Source: Convolutriloba macropyga (taxonomy: Eukaryota). Taken from it: a DNA stretch of 64,000 bases. The DNA lies in the NCBI RefSeq assembly GCF_964194025.1, contig NC_134468.1, positions 86,056,001 to 86,120,000 on the forward strand, read 5' to 3'. The position numbers and the translations under genes were made by a program. Shown here one piece after another: positions 1 through 12,597 of the stretch (the first letter of the stretch is position 1; each line of letters starts with the position of its first letter). The notes below the pieces were generated by a model that saw nothing but the letters and a program-made list of their open reading frames with translations, had not been told where the DNA came from and searched no databases.

Positions 1-38
1 CAAGAAGTCAAGGTCATTACAACATGCCTTTGTTTCAG

Positions 39-334
39 GCAAAATCCAGAAAGTCCTGGACCTCAGAGAAAGTCTTCAGGAGCTGGCCATGAAATACTAC
101 AAAGAGAAGAGTATCCTTGTTATGGGAAGGGGCTACAACTATGCCACCTGCCTGGAGGGTGCTCTCAAGATCAAAGAAATCACGTACATGCATTCCGAGG
201 GTATTATGAGTGGAGAGTTGAAACACGGACCTCTGGCTCTGGTCGAACCTACAATGCCAATCATCATGGTTGCAGTCAAAGACTCAGTCTATGTCAAGTG
301 CCAAAATGCCCTGGAACAAGTCACATCCAGAGGG
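39..334 (+). CDS. GFPT: Glutamine--fructose-6-phosphate aminotransferase (GFAT), internal exon, second SIS domain; gene starts upstream of the window
   Basis: TTTCAG acceptor ends at 38 and GTAAGT donor starts at 335. Translation [46 protein letters not shown] is the GFAT SIS2 signature. Confidence 0.97.
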
Positions 335-906
335 GTAAGTGCGTTATAATTTAGCCTCTATAGACTTTTGAGCTGAATTAAGTAATGATACCAAAAAAAT
401 CCAGGGATCATCTATTTCAGTTTTACTCCAGGCCATGAGGTTTTTACGCTTTGTTTTGTTTCGAGACTCTTTAGATCTTTGCGCTTTGTTTTATTAAACT
501 AATTGTTGTTCTAAACTTATTAAATAGAGATTGATAGCTAACAATCCTGCTCTCATTAGAAAGACTTGAAATGTTGGATGACCAAGGAGAAATATCCAAA
601 ACTGAGCTGACAAAAAAAACGCCAAAGGTATCTAGCTGAGAAAATTTTGACGATTGCAAAACGAAATCATTGTCTCAAACGACAAATTGTGGATAATACG
701 AACAACATCCTTGCAATTGGCATGAGAGTTCTTGAGCTTGAACGATACTACAGAAAAGCATGTCAGTAATTTATTCAGTTGAAACATACTACCCAAATTG
801 CGATATTAGCATTATTGTCTATAATTAGTAATTTGCTGCAAATAAGCGTCCAGGAGGATGGCATAGGGGCTATTTAGTTCCTGAAGGAAGGTGCCATACC
901 GTACCA

Positions 907-1073
907 NNNNNNNNNNNNNNNNNNNNNNNNNNNNNNNNNNNNNNNNNNNNNNNNNNNNNNNNNNNNNNNNNNNNNNNNNNNNNNNNNNNNNNNNNNNNNN
1001 NNNNNNNNNNNNNNNNNNNNNNNNNNNNNNNNNNNNNNNNNNNNNNNNNNNNNNNNNNNNNNNNNNNNNNNNN
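907..1073. other. Assembly gap (N run)
   Basis: Run of N next to the 3' end of a LINE fragment. Confidence 0.99.
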
Positions 1074-1074
1074 G

Positions 1075-2340
1075 TGATCCACGTGTTCGCATAAAACCCG
1101 GTTATTGAGTTGTTCAAAATTTATTGTTATTTACGTAAAGATGAGTTTCTTCAAGTCTCTACAGTTATTGCAGCCACACAAGAGACGCCAAGTGCAAGGG
1201 TCTGATTCGTTGTAGCGCGATATGAAGAACCGATTGTAGAGTTCCAGGAGTTTGCTTTTGTGCTCTCGATCAAGCAGGATATCATATTTGAAATAATCAT
1301 TGAACAGATTTGCAAGGTGACAGGCTCGGTACCAAAAATCTGACTCTCTTCTGCAACTGCATATGCCTGCAGATAAAATTTCTAGTGACTTGGGCTCTCC
1401 GGGTTCCCACCTCAGCTAGAGTGACATGGCTTTGCCAGTCTATATCAACTTTTCCCGATAACATTTTTGCAAATAATAACACGACATGAAGTTCTTGATA
1501 TAGAGACGGTGGCAAGATGTTGATTTTTCTTTCAATTTTTTCCTTGTATGAGAGGACGCTGTTGCTGGTCTTGAATATCCAGGACATTGCTTTTCGTTGA
1601 ACACTTTCAAGTAAGGTTAAATCGCTATTTGATGGTTTCCACAAGGCCGCGCCATAGCTGACAATTGGCACGACGTAGCAAACATATGTATTTTTCCTGG
1701 TTGCAAAATTTGCCTTGCAAAGGTTTCGGTGCAGCAGAAAGATTGCATTCAAGGCTTTTTCGGTTCTTTTCCTCGCGTGTAGTGTCCAGTTTAAAGAGTC
1801 AAGTAACAAAGAGGCCCAAATCTTTAATCGATTGAGTGGCTTCGAAGGTATAATTGGGCAGAGATATTTGGGCAGAGCCTTTAATACACAGCAGCTTGCG
1901 TTTCGTCAGGTTCATTGACATCAGATTATCCTCACACCACCTCCACAGTTAAAGACAAAGTTCTTTTGAGGTTGTATTTATTCGCACTGTCTGTTTCCGA
2001 TTTGACAGATAGCTTCGAAGCAGACTTAGGCAGTTTCCTCCGATGTCAAGCGCCGATAGTTTGTCTAAAAGTAGATCGTGAGAGACTTTGTCGAATGCCT
2101 TCTGGAAATCGATATAAAAGGTCGTGAGGTAGGAAGGGTTGGAGTCCAGGCAGCTGAAGATCTCATGCAAGTACTCTATTAGATTTGTTGTGGTCGATCG
2201 TTTAGGCCGAAAACCATGCTGTGCGGGATTTAAGGTTGGGTAGACTACTGGAATCAGTTTGCTGAAGATGAGCGTTCCTAGCAATTTCGACACTGCAGAC
2301 AGAAGGCTGATTGGTCTATAGTCAGAGGCGTCCTGTTTGA
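1075..2340 (-). mobile_element. Decayed non-LTR retrotransposon (CR1/L2-group) ORF2 fragment in a GFAT intron
   Basis: Minus-strand ORFs contain DYRPISLLSAVSKLL, QHGFRPKRSTTTNL, FYIDFQKAFDKVSH and LRSYLSNRKQTVRIN, then Y...VVPIVSYGAALWKP...LESVQRKA. The RT core (YADD region) appears deleted and there are frameshifts. Confidence 0.9.
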
Positions 2341-3358
2341 TGGAATGATAAAGGGAACTTGCCGCAACTATTTTGATCATACGGATAGAGAGGTGAAAGA
2401 TACAAATGATATAATATAAATTGAGAGGAACTAAGCTGGTTGAGGAAGGGTGTTGACTACAGTGTCGAGGTAGGACGTCCTGACAGTAGGTCCGCCCAAA
2501 GATATCGTTAGAGATAATTGATATATCATCGTGATAAGCTTTTCCAGAAATCAATGAGTCTGGGGGCCCGCGTATTCATTTTAATAATCTGAAACTATTT
2601 AATAAGAACACCGAGACTTATTGTGGAAGCGAAAACCCGGCTGAAAATATCAGAAAACAGTGAAAACAGACTAGTAATAATCGAGGAGCTCCTCGTCCCA
2701 ATGGACAGGGAAATTAAGCTAACAGCACCTTGGACTAGAATTCCATTGATTACCCGTCGACAGAGAGTCTACATTGTTAACCCAAATATATATGGTTCGG
2801 AACCTGTGGAATTAAAGAGTCCTGAAGAACTTAGAGCGTTTGAACTTGAAACAGTTGAACGTGGCTCACCTAACGAATTACCCTTTTACGATAGGCTTAT
2901 TGGCACTCTAAGTCATCCGTCGCCTCCGAAATCGACGTGAAAATCCGCTAACTAGGCACCTGATCTATTCAATTAACAGGTACACAAACGTGATCGAGTT
3001 ATCTTCTCAAGAAACTGAACAGGAACAGGCCTCGAAAATGATGCGCAACAAAAAAGACGCTATTGATGAGGACAATCAACAGAACAGAAGAGACCTAAGC
3101 CGATCAATTGTCCGCATTAATAGCTGACATCAACCAGTGTTTCTGAATAGCTTTTTGAACAAATTATTATGGTATATAAAACAAGAAGTCAGTTAAATGG
3201 CCTTCCGAAACTTAAATCAAGTGTCATGAAAACGTCTACTCAGTATCGGAGCACAGAATTGATCAACATTTTGATGAAATGTAGAAGATTCTTTGGCATT
3301 ACATTTAGTAGTGTGGAACATGTACAAAGTTTTGCTCGTACATTTGAAAACATTTATT

Positions 3359-5280
3359 AATAGCCGCCGACAGCCTCTCAACGGCTGTTATTTAGGCGCT
3401 CTCCTTTTTACAATTCAAAGAATTTGAATTGTATTGGGGCGCTGTCTTTTTACGACTCGAAGAGGAGTTTTGGAGAAGTCCTTCTTTTAAATCAATTTTA
3501 TTGGAGTGAATTTTGAAGCAGGAAATGAAGCACGAGAAACAATTTGAGCAATTTCGTTGCTGAACAAAATGAACAGTAGAGCGAAAAGAGAGTGGTTTTT
3601 TGTTCATATCGCTGTTTTCTAGAGAGCGAGAAATTGAGGTGTGAAAAAAATTTCAGAAAGCGAGCGAAATTTTTTTGTTCACGTGCGGTATTTTAAAGCA
3701 GTTTTTTTTTCATTTTTCGGTTGAGGTTTGGTTATGATTTTGTTTTATTTTTAGGCTGGTTTTGGTAGTGGTTTGAAAGTTTCTGGAAATTCATAAGAAT
3801 TTTATGCTAATTCGTAGGTTTTTCATGTATTTTGCTGATTTTTAGGCTAATTTTGTGACGATTGTTTTGTTTTAATGCCTCAAATGGGTATTGAAAAGAC
3901 CCCTATGACTTGGGCAATTTTTAGATACTAAGTGGATGAAGTTTTGTGGATATAAAGCATTTTTGTTGAGAAATATGACAAAAACTGGCGAAAATAGAAA
4001 CTATTTTTCTAAATTTATTTGCACTTTTTCGTTTTTCCGTTTTTTAGGCAAATTTTTTTGCCTACTATGACTTGCCTATTGTTTTGCGAGCATCTGGATA
4101 CACTATTGGCTAAAGGGTATTTTTCTTCCGTTTTCTGTGTTTTTGTTAAAAAAATTTTTGACTTTTTCGTTTTTTAAGTCAAAGTTGTTTGTAAGAGCTT
4201 AATTTTTCATGATTTGGCTTCAAGTTTTTTTTTAAATTCTCATAAGTGGTTTTAGTAGGTACTAGTTGTTTTGATGGAGTACTGTTGGCAAAGATAGTTA
4301 TATCGGCATCTCAATTTATGACAAAATTGGATCAGATTTTTTTTATCATTTTTAACAGATTTGATTTTCTTTTTTTACTTTTTTTGTTTTATGGTTTTGT
4401 CTAAGGTAATCATAAAGTAGTGGAGGCAAGTTTTTTCTGATGAGTAGTTGGATGGCGTTTAAGTGGATTGCAGCTTCGGGTCGTGTTTCCGGAATTCTTC
4501 TGGCTATGTTTTTTTTTCAATATCTGCACTTATTTTCATGATTTTTGAAGTCAAATTGGAGTAGTGATTTTGGTGACAGGAAGTGGAGTGAAAAAGAGAG
4601 TGGTTTTGCGGCGTGACATTTTTTCACTCTAATTTTAAATTAGAGTGAGAAAACGGTGTTTGAACAAAAATTCGCTTGCTCGCTAGTGGAGTTTTGTTCA
4701 CATGCGACATTCTGACGTTGATTTTCACTTTTTTTAAATTATTTGATCTTATTTTTGTGGGAAATGGTTTTCCCAATTCTCTCATAGTCCGTTCTAGCAC
4801 TGGGTTTTGTTTAGTCAATGAAAAGTTTTTGAATTGTACATCAGGACTTGTCTTGCTATGTTTTTTTTAATTCGCTTTCCCTTTTGATCACGTTTTTCGT
4901 TTTACGTAAATCACGATTTTCACGTTTGAATTCTGACTTACTTTACTCACTTGTTCAACTGAATGGATTTTAGATTCTTTCAGGCATTGAATTGTCTAAA
5001 GTGGTGAGTACTGTCAAAGTCAAAAGATCAAAATCAAAAGAGACAGGATAAACCGATAAAGCCCGGTCATTAAGTCATTGAGAAATAGGTTACCAAAGTT
5101 CATTTGGAGTGTTTGCTAGCTGACATTGGTATTAAGCTTATTAGATTTCATTTTATAATCTGAATTAAGTGTAGTTTTAGAATCCAACTGAATTTGCACG
5201 CCAAATTAGAACACATTTTCACACTGAAAAAAAAACAGAAAAAAATTTGGTCAATTCATTTCTTCTGTGCATCTCGATGC
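3359..5280 (+). mobile_element. HINE/DINE-1-like element, family A, long copy with truncated 3' end
   Basis: Starts AATAGCCGCCGACAGCCTCTCAACGGCTGTT; the body is homologous to 24027-25024, 25128-25615 and 39614-40125. Confidence 0.6.
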
Positions 5281-5334
5281 CCACTACCACCACCACCAAC
5301 ATCTATATAACAGTCGAAGACATTTTAATTGTAG

Positions 5335-5529
5335 GGTTGGCCGATAGTGATCTGTGATGAGGATGACACTGTGCTGGAGTCTATTGTGGAGAAAAACAGG
5401 AAAAGCAAACAGGAGGGTGCCCCTATCACAGTGAAAGTGCCCAAGACAGTGGACTGTCTCGCTGGAATTCTAACTGTCATTCCATTCCAACTCCTCTCAC
5501 TCTACATCGCAGTTGCCAATGAACGCAAT
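5335..5529 (+). CDS. GFPT: GFAT penultimate exon
   Basis: TTGTAG acceptor ends at 5334. Reads [11 protein letters not shown]...[31 protein letters not shown] in phase with the previous exon; GTAAGT donor at 5530. Confidence 0.95.
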
Positions 5530-5908
5530 GTAAGTGAGATGTTCACGTGATGTTGACTGTCGCTTTATGGTCTTATTATTATGCCAAAACAGCTATGTCA
5601 TTGGTTGTACTGTAAAAGTATATGGTGTGTGATTTGAAACAGAGAACCGGCAATCAACTCAGCTTCAAAATTCTCGTATTTCTAAAATCTTTGTTTTTAA
5701 CGCATTATTGTTATTAGCTGTTGTCGAACGAAGTTTCAAGCAATTATTGTAAGCCCGTGTTTTTTTAATAAAAAATTTTTGCTTGACCGTTTTGTTCTAG
5801 AACATTTTTTTCGATTTCATTTTTCGAGTAACTTTTTTACGATTGAGTTTTTGATTTTTGAGTGATCTGGATTGCGCGCATTCATGAATTAAGTCTGTTG
5901 CTAAATTA

Positions 5909-6127
5909 TACTGAACGGCAAAAGTAAGTTAGCACACCCTATTTTCACTAAGTAAAAATTCAATATTACTCCAATTTTAAATCAAATTTCAAAAACAATT
6001 TTTACGCCATTGGTCCCCTACACTAGTCCTCTCGTCTACCTTTGAAATTCACCCAGTGTAAAGATGATGAGCCCCATCCAAGTTTCACAGTAAAAACCAA
6101 GTTGATACAAGATCACTATTTATTCAT

Positions 6128-6173
<46 letters not shown>

Positions 6174-6465
6174 ATGCTTAACACAAGTGCTAACTTAGCC
6201 ACAGTTGAACAAACCTGAAAACATATCACATTTTGTGATAATTTTCATTTTACTGTGAAACTCGGATGGAGTGCATCAACTTTTCATTGGGATTATTGGT
6301 AAGTGAGTGTTGTGTTTTATCTGAATTTCAAAGGTAGACAAGAGGACTAGTGTAGGGACCAATTGTGTATCAAAATGTGATTTTAGGTTGGAGTAATATT
6401 GCCTAAAGAAATTTAATTTATACTTGTAAACATAGGAGGTGCTAACTTTCTTTTGCCGCTCAGTA
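5909..6465. mobile_element. Foldback MITE, Tc1/mariner-like, TA target-site duplication, central (CT)n
   Basis: TACTGAACGGCAAAAG...CTTTTGCCGCTCAGTA termini with long imperfect inverted arms (e.g. ACACTAGTCCTCT / AGAGGACTAGTGT). Removing it restores the host element sequence CTAAAT-TA-AAACCGATTG. Confidence 0.85.
6133..6172. repeat. (CT)n microsatellite
   Basis: About 20 CT units. Confidence 0.95.
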
Positions 6466-6821
6466 TAAAACCGATTGTGAGAGATGAGAGTACGTAGTCC
6501 TGCTAGCCTAAAGGGCTATTCCGCAATTCTAATCCAAGAGGTCGCGTGTTCGAACCTTCACACAGTCTGAAGTTTTTGCACCATGAAAGATTCTCTAGCC
6601 TATGCCCCTTCTAAATTGTTTGCGTCTCCAGTTGTTCAAGAGTAATTCGTTTGATGTTTAAGTGTCGGTTTATGTACACATGATGTTGACTCGTTGTATG
6701 TTCTGATGTAGTTTATGGTTCTGTAGCAATTATCTGGGCGCTGGTCCATTTTGTGCCCGATTCGCCTTCTTCCATTAAGTTTTCAACCGCGTTGTAGCTT
6801 TCAGACCAGAATTTATTTATT

Positions 6822-7320
6822 AATAGCCGCACAGCGATAGCTGAGGCTATTATTGGCCTTCTCTTGGTTTTTTTTTTATTTCGTCGTCATGATTTTTGTT
6901 ACGACCATATGACGTCACAGCCATTTTTTGTTCATTCGTTCATGCAATTTCAATTGAATTGCATGTGTGACGTCATTTTTCGCTCTTAGTGGAGCGAGTT
7001 TTTTTGTTCATGCGCGTGATTAAATTTTTGGTCACACTTGACTTACCTCACTCTCAAAAATGACTTCCTCACTTTGAAATTGACTTTTATTTACTTTAAT
7101 TCAAAGAGATAAGGTCAAATGGGTGTGTATTACTCTAAATGAAGGTTATTTGAGATCAGCTAATAGAGGCAGCAATAACTTATACAGATTTTTAATCAAA
7201 ATATAACAGATCAGTCTTCAATGAAAAGATAAATTTTTTTGGTCTGTCTTTTTTACTGTTTTTTTAGACTGCCGATCTACGAATCTATTGCGGCTATTTT
7301 CTGGCAATCTGCCAGCTATG
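6822..7320 (+). mobile_element. HINE/DINE-1-like element, family A
   Basis: 5' AATAGCCGC with nearby partial inverted repeat GAGGCTATT, a GGTCTGTCT motif, 3' subTIR GCGGCTATT and 3' hairpin CTGGCA-ATC-TGCCAG, ending in a T run. Confidence 0.75.
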
Positions 7321-7356
7321 TTTTAATTATCTTGAACATTCAACACACCACAAGTT

Positions 7357-7863
7357 AATAGCCGCGAAGCAATAACTGAGGCTATTATTGGCCTTCTCTT
7401 GGTTTTTTTTTATTTATTTCGTCGTCAAGATTTTTGTTATGACGTCACAACCACTTCAAATTTGCTTTTTGTTCATTCGTTCATGCAATTTCAACTGAAT
7501 TGCGTGCGTGACGTCATTTTTCACTCTTAGTGGAGCAAATTTTGTTGTTCATTCGCGTGATTAAATTTTTGGTCACACGTGACTTACCTCACTCTTAAAA
7601 ATGACTTCCTCACTCTGAAATTGACTTTTCTTCGCTTTAACTCAGAGATAAGGTCAAATGAGTGATTGTCACTCTAATTGAAGGTTATTTAAGCGCAGCA
7701 AATAGCAACGGCGATAAGTTATACAGATTCCTAATCAAATATTAATATCTCAGCCCTTAATGAAAAGAATACGTTTCTTTTTTGGTCTGTCTTTTTTACC
7801 TTCTTTTTGAGACTACAGATCTATGAAGCTGTTGTGGCTATTTTCTGGCAATTTGACAGCTAT
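7357..7863 (+). mobile_element. HINE/DINE-1-like element, family A (tandem second copy)
   Basis: Closely similar to 6822-7320 with the same termini. Confidence 0.75.
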
Positions 7864-8112
7864 TTTATACAATTTGAAATACTCTCAAGAAGGGACAGGC
7901 CAGAAAGTCAACAGAAGGCTTGTAGAAGTTCAACCAAGAAATAACAATACAGTAATGAGGCATCAAAACAATTGTACAAAGGAAAAATGTAAGGTCTAAT
8001 CAAAAACAAGATTTTAATAATTTTCATACTTGATTATACAGCGCAAAATCAGAAAATGCTAATAAAAATTGTTCATAGGATAACTCTTTGGAACCAATTT
8101 TTTTGACCTATA

Positions 8113-8229
8113 TAATGGATGCTTTGATTTGCCCAAGAGTTAACAATAAACCACAACTCACGCAGAGTCCTTCGTATTAAATTTCCGGGGGGTATAAAGA
8201 CACTCCCAGGATCATCAAAGCATCCATTA
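8113..8229. mobile_element. Small MITE-like element
   Basis: 16-bp perfect inverted repeats TAATGGATGCTTTGAT / ATCAAAGCATCCATTA. Confidence 0.5.
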
Positions 8230-8672
8230 AAGCAGAATTGCTTTAAAAGCTTTCAATCTGCAGTGAAATTTGTTATAACTGCAGTCGACTTCTAAGGCTA
8301 GCTCTATTCAGGTCATTATTACGACTTACTAGGTAGATAATAAGTACTAGCCTAATAAGTAATAGTTACTGTATTATTGAATTGAGGTTATTTCGATTGT
8401 CTCTTATTTGGTTCGTGATAAGCAATTGCGTAGACTCAAGTTTTGCAAACAACTCGTATCAGAGTTGGACTAAGAGTCTTGCAATCGAGGTTTGATCTGG
8501 CTCAAATTCGTCTGAATTATTAACAAAAGTTGGTTGATCTATTTCACGCAGTTGTTTACATTTCTTTAGCAATTATTGGAGCTCAAAGTTGAACCAAGAA
8601 GGTTCAGTTAAGGAACTTCGAATCGAGATAGGTTCTCAAAATTTTGTGAATTTTACTCGCATACTCTTTACA

Positions 8673-8991
8673 ATGTCCTGTCACAAATTTTTCGTCGTTC
8701 TTCACCTAATCATGCTCTGTGCATATGCGGCGAATGCAATTATGCATGAAAAAGATTGCTACGCAACTCGTTCGAATTACGCGCCTGTTGTGGGAATTAT
8801 GGCTGAGGACAGTTACACAGAATCCGATTTGGAACACGGAAGCAGCCATATCGAAGCATCGTACGTTAAATGGGCAGAGATGGCTGGCATGCGGGTGGTG
8901 CCAGTACTTTTGAACAGATCACAGGAGTACTACGCGTCAGTTTATAAGAGAGTAAATGGATTGATTTTACCCGGAGGGGGAGTAATTATGG
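8673..8991 (+). CDS. GGH: Gamma-glutamyl hydrolase (peptidase C26) exon 1, with signal peptide
   Basis: MSCHKFFVVLHLIMLCAYAANA (hydrophobic leader), then PVVGIMA...SHIEASYVKWAEMAGMRVVPV...VNGLILPGGG. Phase-1 GT donor at 8992. Confidence 0.93.
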
Positions 8992-9191
8992 GTGGGTAGT
9001 TGCTCAATCAAGGTTACTGTGTTTCTTGTTAGAAGGTTGAGAGAGGGCAGCCTAATGTAAATTGTGCATAAGATTAGCTTGACAAGAAGCTCTACTTGTT
9101 CAACGTATACTTGGCTAGAGAAATGAAGCCTTGAGGAACAAGAAAGAACATGAGAACGGGTTATAAGAGACGCCCAAGTTCGAGAGCTTAA

Positions 9192-9264
9192 GACCAGTTG
9201 GTGTAATTGGGTAGCACACTAGGCTTGCAAGTAGGAGACGCTGGTTCGAATTCAGTACTGGTCC
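9192..9264 (+). ncRNA. tRNA-like Pol III element (tRNA-Ala(TGC)-like pseudogene or SINE head) in the GGH intron
   Basis: Perfect 7-bp acceptor stem GACCAGT/ACTGGTC, D-stem GTGT/GCAC, T-arm GCTGG-TTCGAAT-TCAGT and loop CTTGCAA. The anticodon stem is broken. TTTT follows immediately. Confidence 0.65.
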
Positions 9265-9937
9265 ATTTTCACAGTAGTTGCGCCTGAATAGACCACCTAA
9301 CATTTCTAAAAGGATAGCAGAGAGTAAATACACTTGGTGTAGGTATAGAAGGTGTTAGATGTAAGGTTTCTGTGAGTGAGCCAAGGAGTAAAGTACTAAC
9401 TCATAGCAATATCAAGTGAAAAAAGAGCCCGGACCGAACTCCAATTCTAAATCAGTACTGCGCAAGTCTTGTTTTCACTTGTTTTCAGTACTAGTATTGA
9501 AGCAGATATGTACTTATTGCTGTACTGATATTGACTGGTATTAGGTCCGGGTTTGAAATAGATTGGCCACAAAATGTACAGTAGAAAGTTTTGTTGGATG
9601 TGGAATTATGTTACGATTTAATGATAATAATAATAATAAATTGCTTTCTGTATTCAGCAAAATCACACAATGATGACGCTCATTTACAAAATACATCAAC
9701 AATACTAAAGTTAGATCGCTATTAGGCCAATGACCAGTTCTGAAGTGTGTTCCAGGAATAGATTGATTTTCCGCTTCATCTTTCTGAATTTTAAAAACCA
9801 GGCAACTTGCATTAAAAGAACGCGAGGGTTTTGAGAATATTAAGATTTTCTTGCAAAATTTTACTAGTTAAGTGTTTGTTTTCTATAACTAAAGAACAGT
9901 AACAAATAAAAGTAGTGAAATGAGACTTCAAAATTAG

Positions 9938-10593
9938 GAGTTGGCGACTACTACAACACAACTAAACTGTTTCTCAAGTGGAGTTCAAATGACAGAGTCC
10001 AAAATGGTCTTTACTTTCCTATTTTTGGAATCTGCATGGGCTATGAAGTTCTCTTGTATATTCTTAACGGTGAACAAGAGTGCAGGTTCAACAGCAGTGG
10101 AACTCATGGCGTATCTTTGGCCTTGAACTTTTCTTCGAATTTTCATGAGTCTCGATTGTTCGGCAGAGCTCCTGATTGGTTAATAAGTGAGCTATCAAAC
10201 CAGCCAATCACAGCCAACTTTCATACCAAGTCAGTAGCATTGAATTTTTACGAAAGCAGTCAGGCTTTAATGAAGTCGATAAATGTTTTGTCGACAAATG
10301 TGGACGGCGACGGAATTGAGTTTATCTCGACAGTAGAGCATAAAAATTTACCCATTTATGGTCTGCAATGGCACCCTGAGAAGAATCAATTTATATATGA
10401 AACCGCAAACGACGTGATCGATCATTCTCTTAATGCTGTTAAAGTGATGCAGTATTTCGGAAATTTCTTGTCCGAAGAGCTGAGCAAATCGTGCCATGAA
10501 TATCCGGAAGATGAATTTGTAATTGATCAAATTTGGAACTACAAAATTGTCTATTCTTCTACGGACCTGAAACTCAAGTTCTATTTTGATTAG
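9938..10593 (+). CDS. GGH: Gamma-glutamyl hydrolase exon 2 (total CDS 975 nt, 324 aa)
   Basis: ATTAG acceptor ends at 9937, in phase with exon 1. Contains FPIFGICMGYE (catalytic Cys), ITANFH, FISTVEHKNLPIYGLQWHPEK (catalytic His) and stop TAG. Confidence 0.93.
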
Positions 10594-11736
10594 TTGAATT
10601 AATTTCTGGGAATTCCTTGTTTTTGATTCTGATAGTGAAAAAACTGATACATATTAGACAGGAGATTTTTGTAGACAGCTCAAAAAATTAACATGTATAC
10701 TTCTGTGAGTGAACTGGCACTTGGATTTTAATGATGCAAGCATTAAAGTTCATACTGACTTCTACCTAATTTTCCCCCTCAACATTGCAATGAGATTGAA
10801 GTTATTGACCTTAAAAGGCAATTAAGGCAAAGGTATTGATCTGCAGCTCAATGAACAGTTAATGAATAAACCTTAAAAAATCTGCAACGTCAATTTTTCC
10901 TATGTAAGTAACTCCGGCGCTAACTTGACTGCATGGCTCAAATCTTTACTGTAGTTATTTAGACTTTACTTTGTAGCTTTTTTTGCTCGATAAAAATGAC
11001 CGCATAGTTTTTTTCACCATCGAGAAATTGTTTATCTCGCAAGTCGAAAATAATCTTTGTTTTTCAAAAACCAACTGCGGTTTTTTACGCTTGCTTAGTC
11101 CAACGCATTACCCTTCAAACATAATTCACAAATTTCCCATTATTTAATGAATATTACCCCACGGTTATTAGCACCATCAAACTAGAAAGCGAAGCCGAGT
11201 TGTAAATTGATTTCAACGATGTTTGTAGCAATTATATCAGTCATGCTGTCCTTTATGCGATTTTTTTGTCTGACGCTTTGACTTTTCGACCTCAAAAACT
11301 GCTAAGAAGGTAAAGCCCAGAGGACCTTAAGTTGCTTAGCTCTTCTGTTAGATTTTTACTATTTTTACTCTAAGTGTACAATTGACAGAAGCTGCTGAGA
11401 ATTTATTGGTGTCCCCCCTGCAACAATTCAACCCCTAACCAACCACCCCACCGTTGACTAGAAACAATACCACACTGTTTTTTTATCGCGAACCGGGAAT
11501 AGATCAATGACTCAGCTTGGCCTCGTAGTTTGATGGTGATAATACCCCTGGGGAAAATGTTCTTTAATTAATCAGAAGGTTATCAAAATATTCGTGGCGT
11601 AGATTGTTGAATGTTTCATGAGTAAATAATGGTTAAGTACAACTATGCCCATTTTAAACAGTGCCGAAACTGAAGAAAGCAAGAATAGTGCTCACTGAAA
11701 TGATTTTCAAAGCAGCGAGGGAAAGTTGATCAGTAG

Positions 11737-12597
11737 TTCGGTTGTGATAGGTTTATATGAAGTCCCGAGGGCCGCTCGGAAATGATCATGGTCCGCAACT
11801 ATCATTGTTTGTTTAAATTTATCTTGCTCCGAAGAATTGTAAAATTAATAATCTCACCGCTGCATTATGATTGGTTCCGTTTTTGAGACCCAATTTCATT
11901 TAAGTGATCTGATTGGTTTAGAAGTTTAGCGAGTGAAAAATCGAATAAATATTTGCCAAGGGTTGCAATTCTGATTGTGATCTGATTGGTTTAGAAGTTT
12001 ATCGAGTGAAAAATGAATAAATATTTGCCAAGGGTTGCAATTCTGATTGTGATCTGATTGGTTTAGAAGTTAATCGAGTGAAAAATCGAAAAATTATTTG
12101 CCAAACGCCCTCGCCAATCGTTGCAATTCGTTCGGCGGTAGTCGGTTAAATGGTTTTATTTTTTTGTAGAAAAATCTTTTCTACCACTTTTTGTATTTTA
12201 AGTTTGTTTATTGTTTTCTTTTGAATTTATTGTTTAACTTTTGATTTAGCGGGAATGCCTCCCTCCGTTTTGTTAGTACTAAAGTGCAACTAGGTTACAG
12301 CTTATAACCATTGATAAGGTGAATAGGACTTTCGCCATAAATGCCGAAAGCCATATTTGTGACAATGGTAGTTAAATAGGGTGACGTCTTAACAAATAGA
12401 CGTACTAAAATCTAGAATTTTCAACGGATGTGACTGGTTCACAAATTTAAAACACTATATCTTTATGCGTTCAATTAGCCTAAGTTGAACATAGCCTAAT
12501 TCTAGATGATATATTTTACCGCATCTGGCCATGCCTCGCGGGCCATGGCCATGCCTCAGCGGCCTGTGGGACTTAATATGAAACTATCACAGCCGAA
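11737..12597. mobile_element. TIR-bounded non-autonomous DNA element with an internal minisatellite
   Basis: TTCGGTTGTGATAG.TT.ATAT.AAGTCCC..GGCCGC at 11737 is inverted relative to 12555-12597; a related solo end lies at ~62602-62680. Confidence 0.55.
11904..12103. repeat. ~73-bp minisatellite, about 2.7 units, each containing CTGATTGGTT
   Basis: GTGATCTGATTGGTTTAGAAGTT...TATTTGCCAA repeated three times. Confidence 0.9.

Larger units (their letters stand above)
5712..6676 (+). mobile_element. HINE-like element, family B, with a tRNA-like core (~6494-6568); interrupted by a MITE
   Basis: Shares the scaffold AAGTCTGTTGCTAAA.TAAAACCGATTGT and the 3' subterminal repeat GTTCAAGAGTAATT with copies at 14540, 38393, 43290 and 51848. 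B-box GTTCGAACC present. Confidence 0.6.

Noticed and set aside
530-800. Possible LINE ORF1 coiled-coil remnant (VLELERYYRK, resembling LEQYSRR)
   Set aside because: Too short and too disrupted to support a call.
812-1117. ORFs spanning N runs (also 47187-47532)
   Set aside because: Artefacts of assembly gaps.
2623-2940. 105-aa ORF in the GFAT intron
   Set aside because: Non-ATG start, no clear splice context and no recognisable domain; possibly a transposon remnant.
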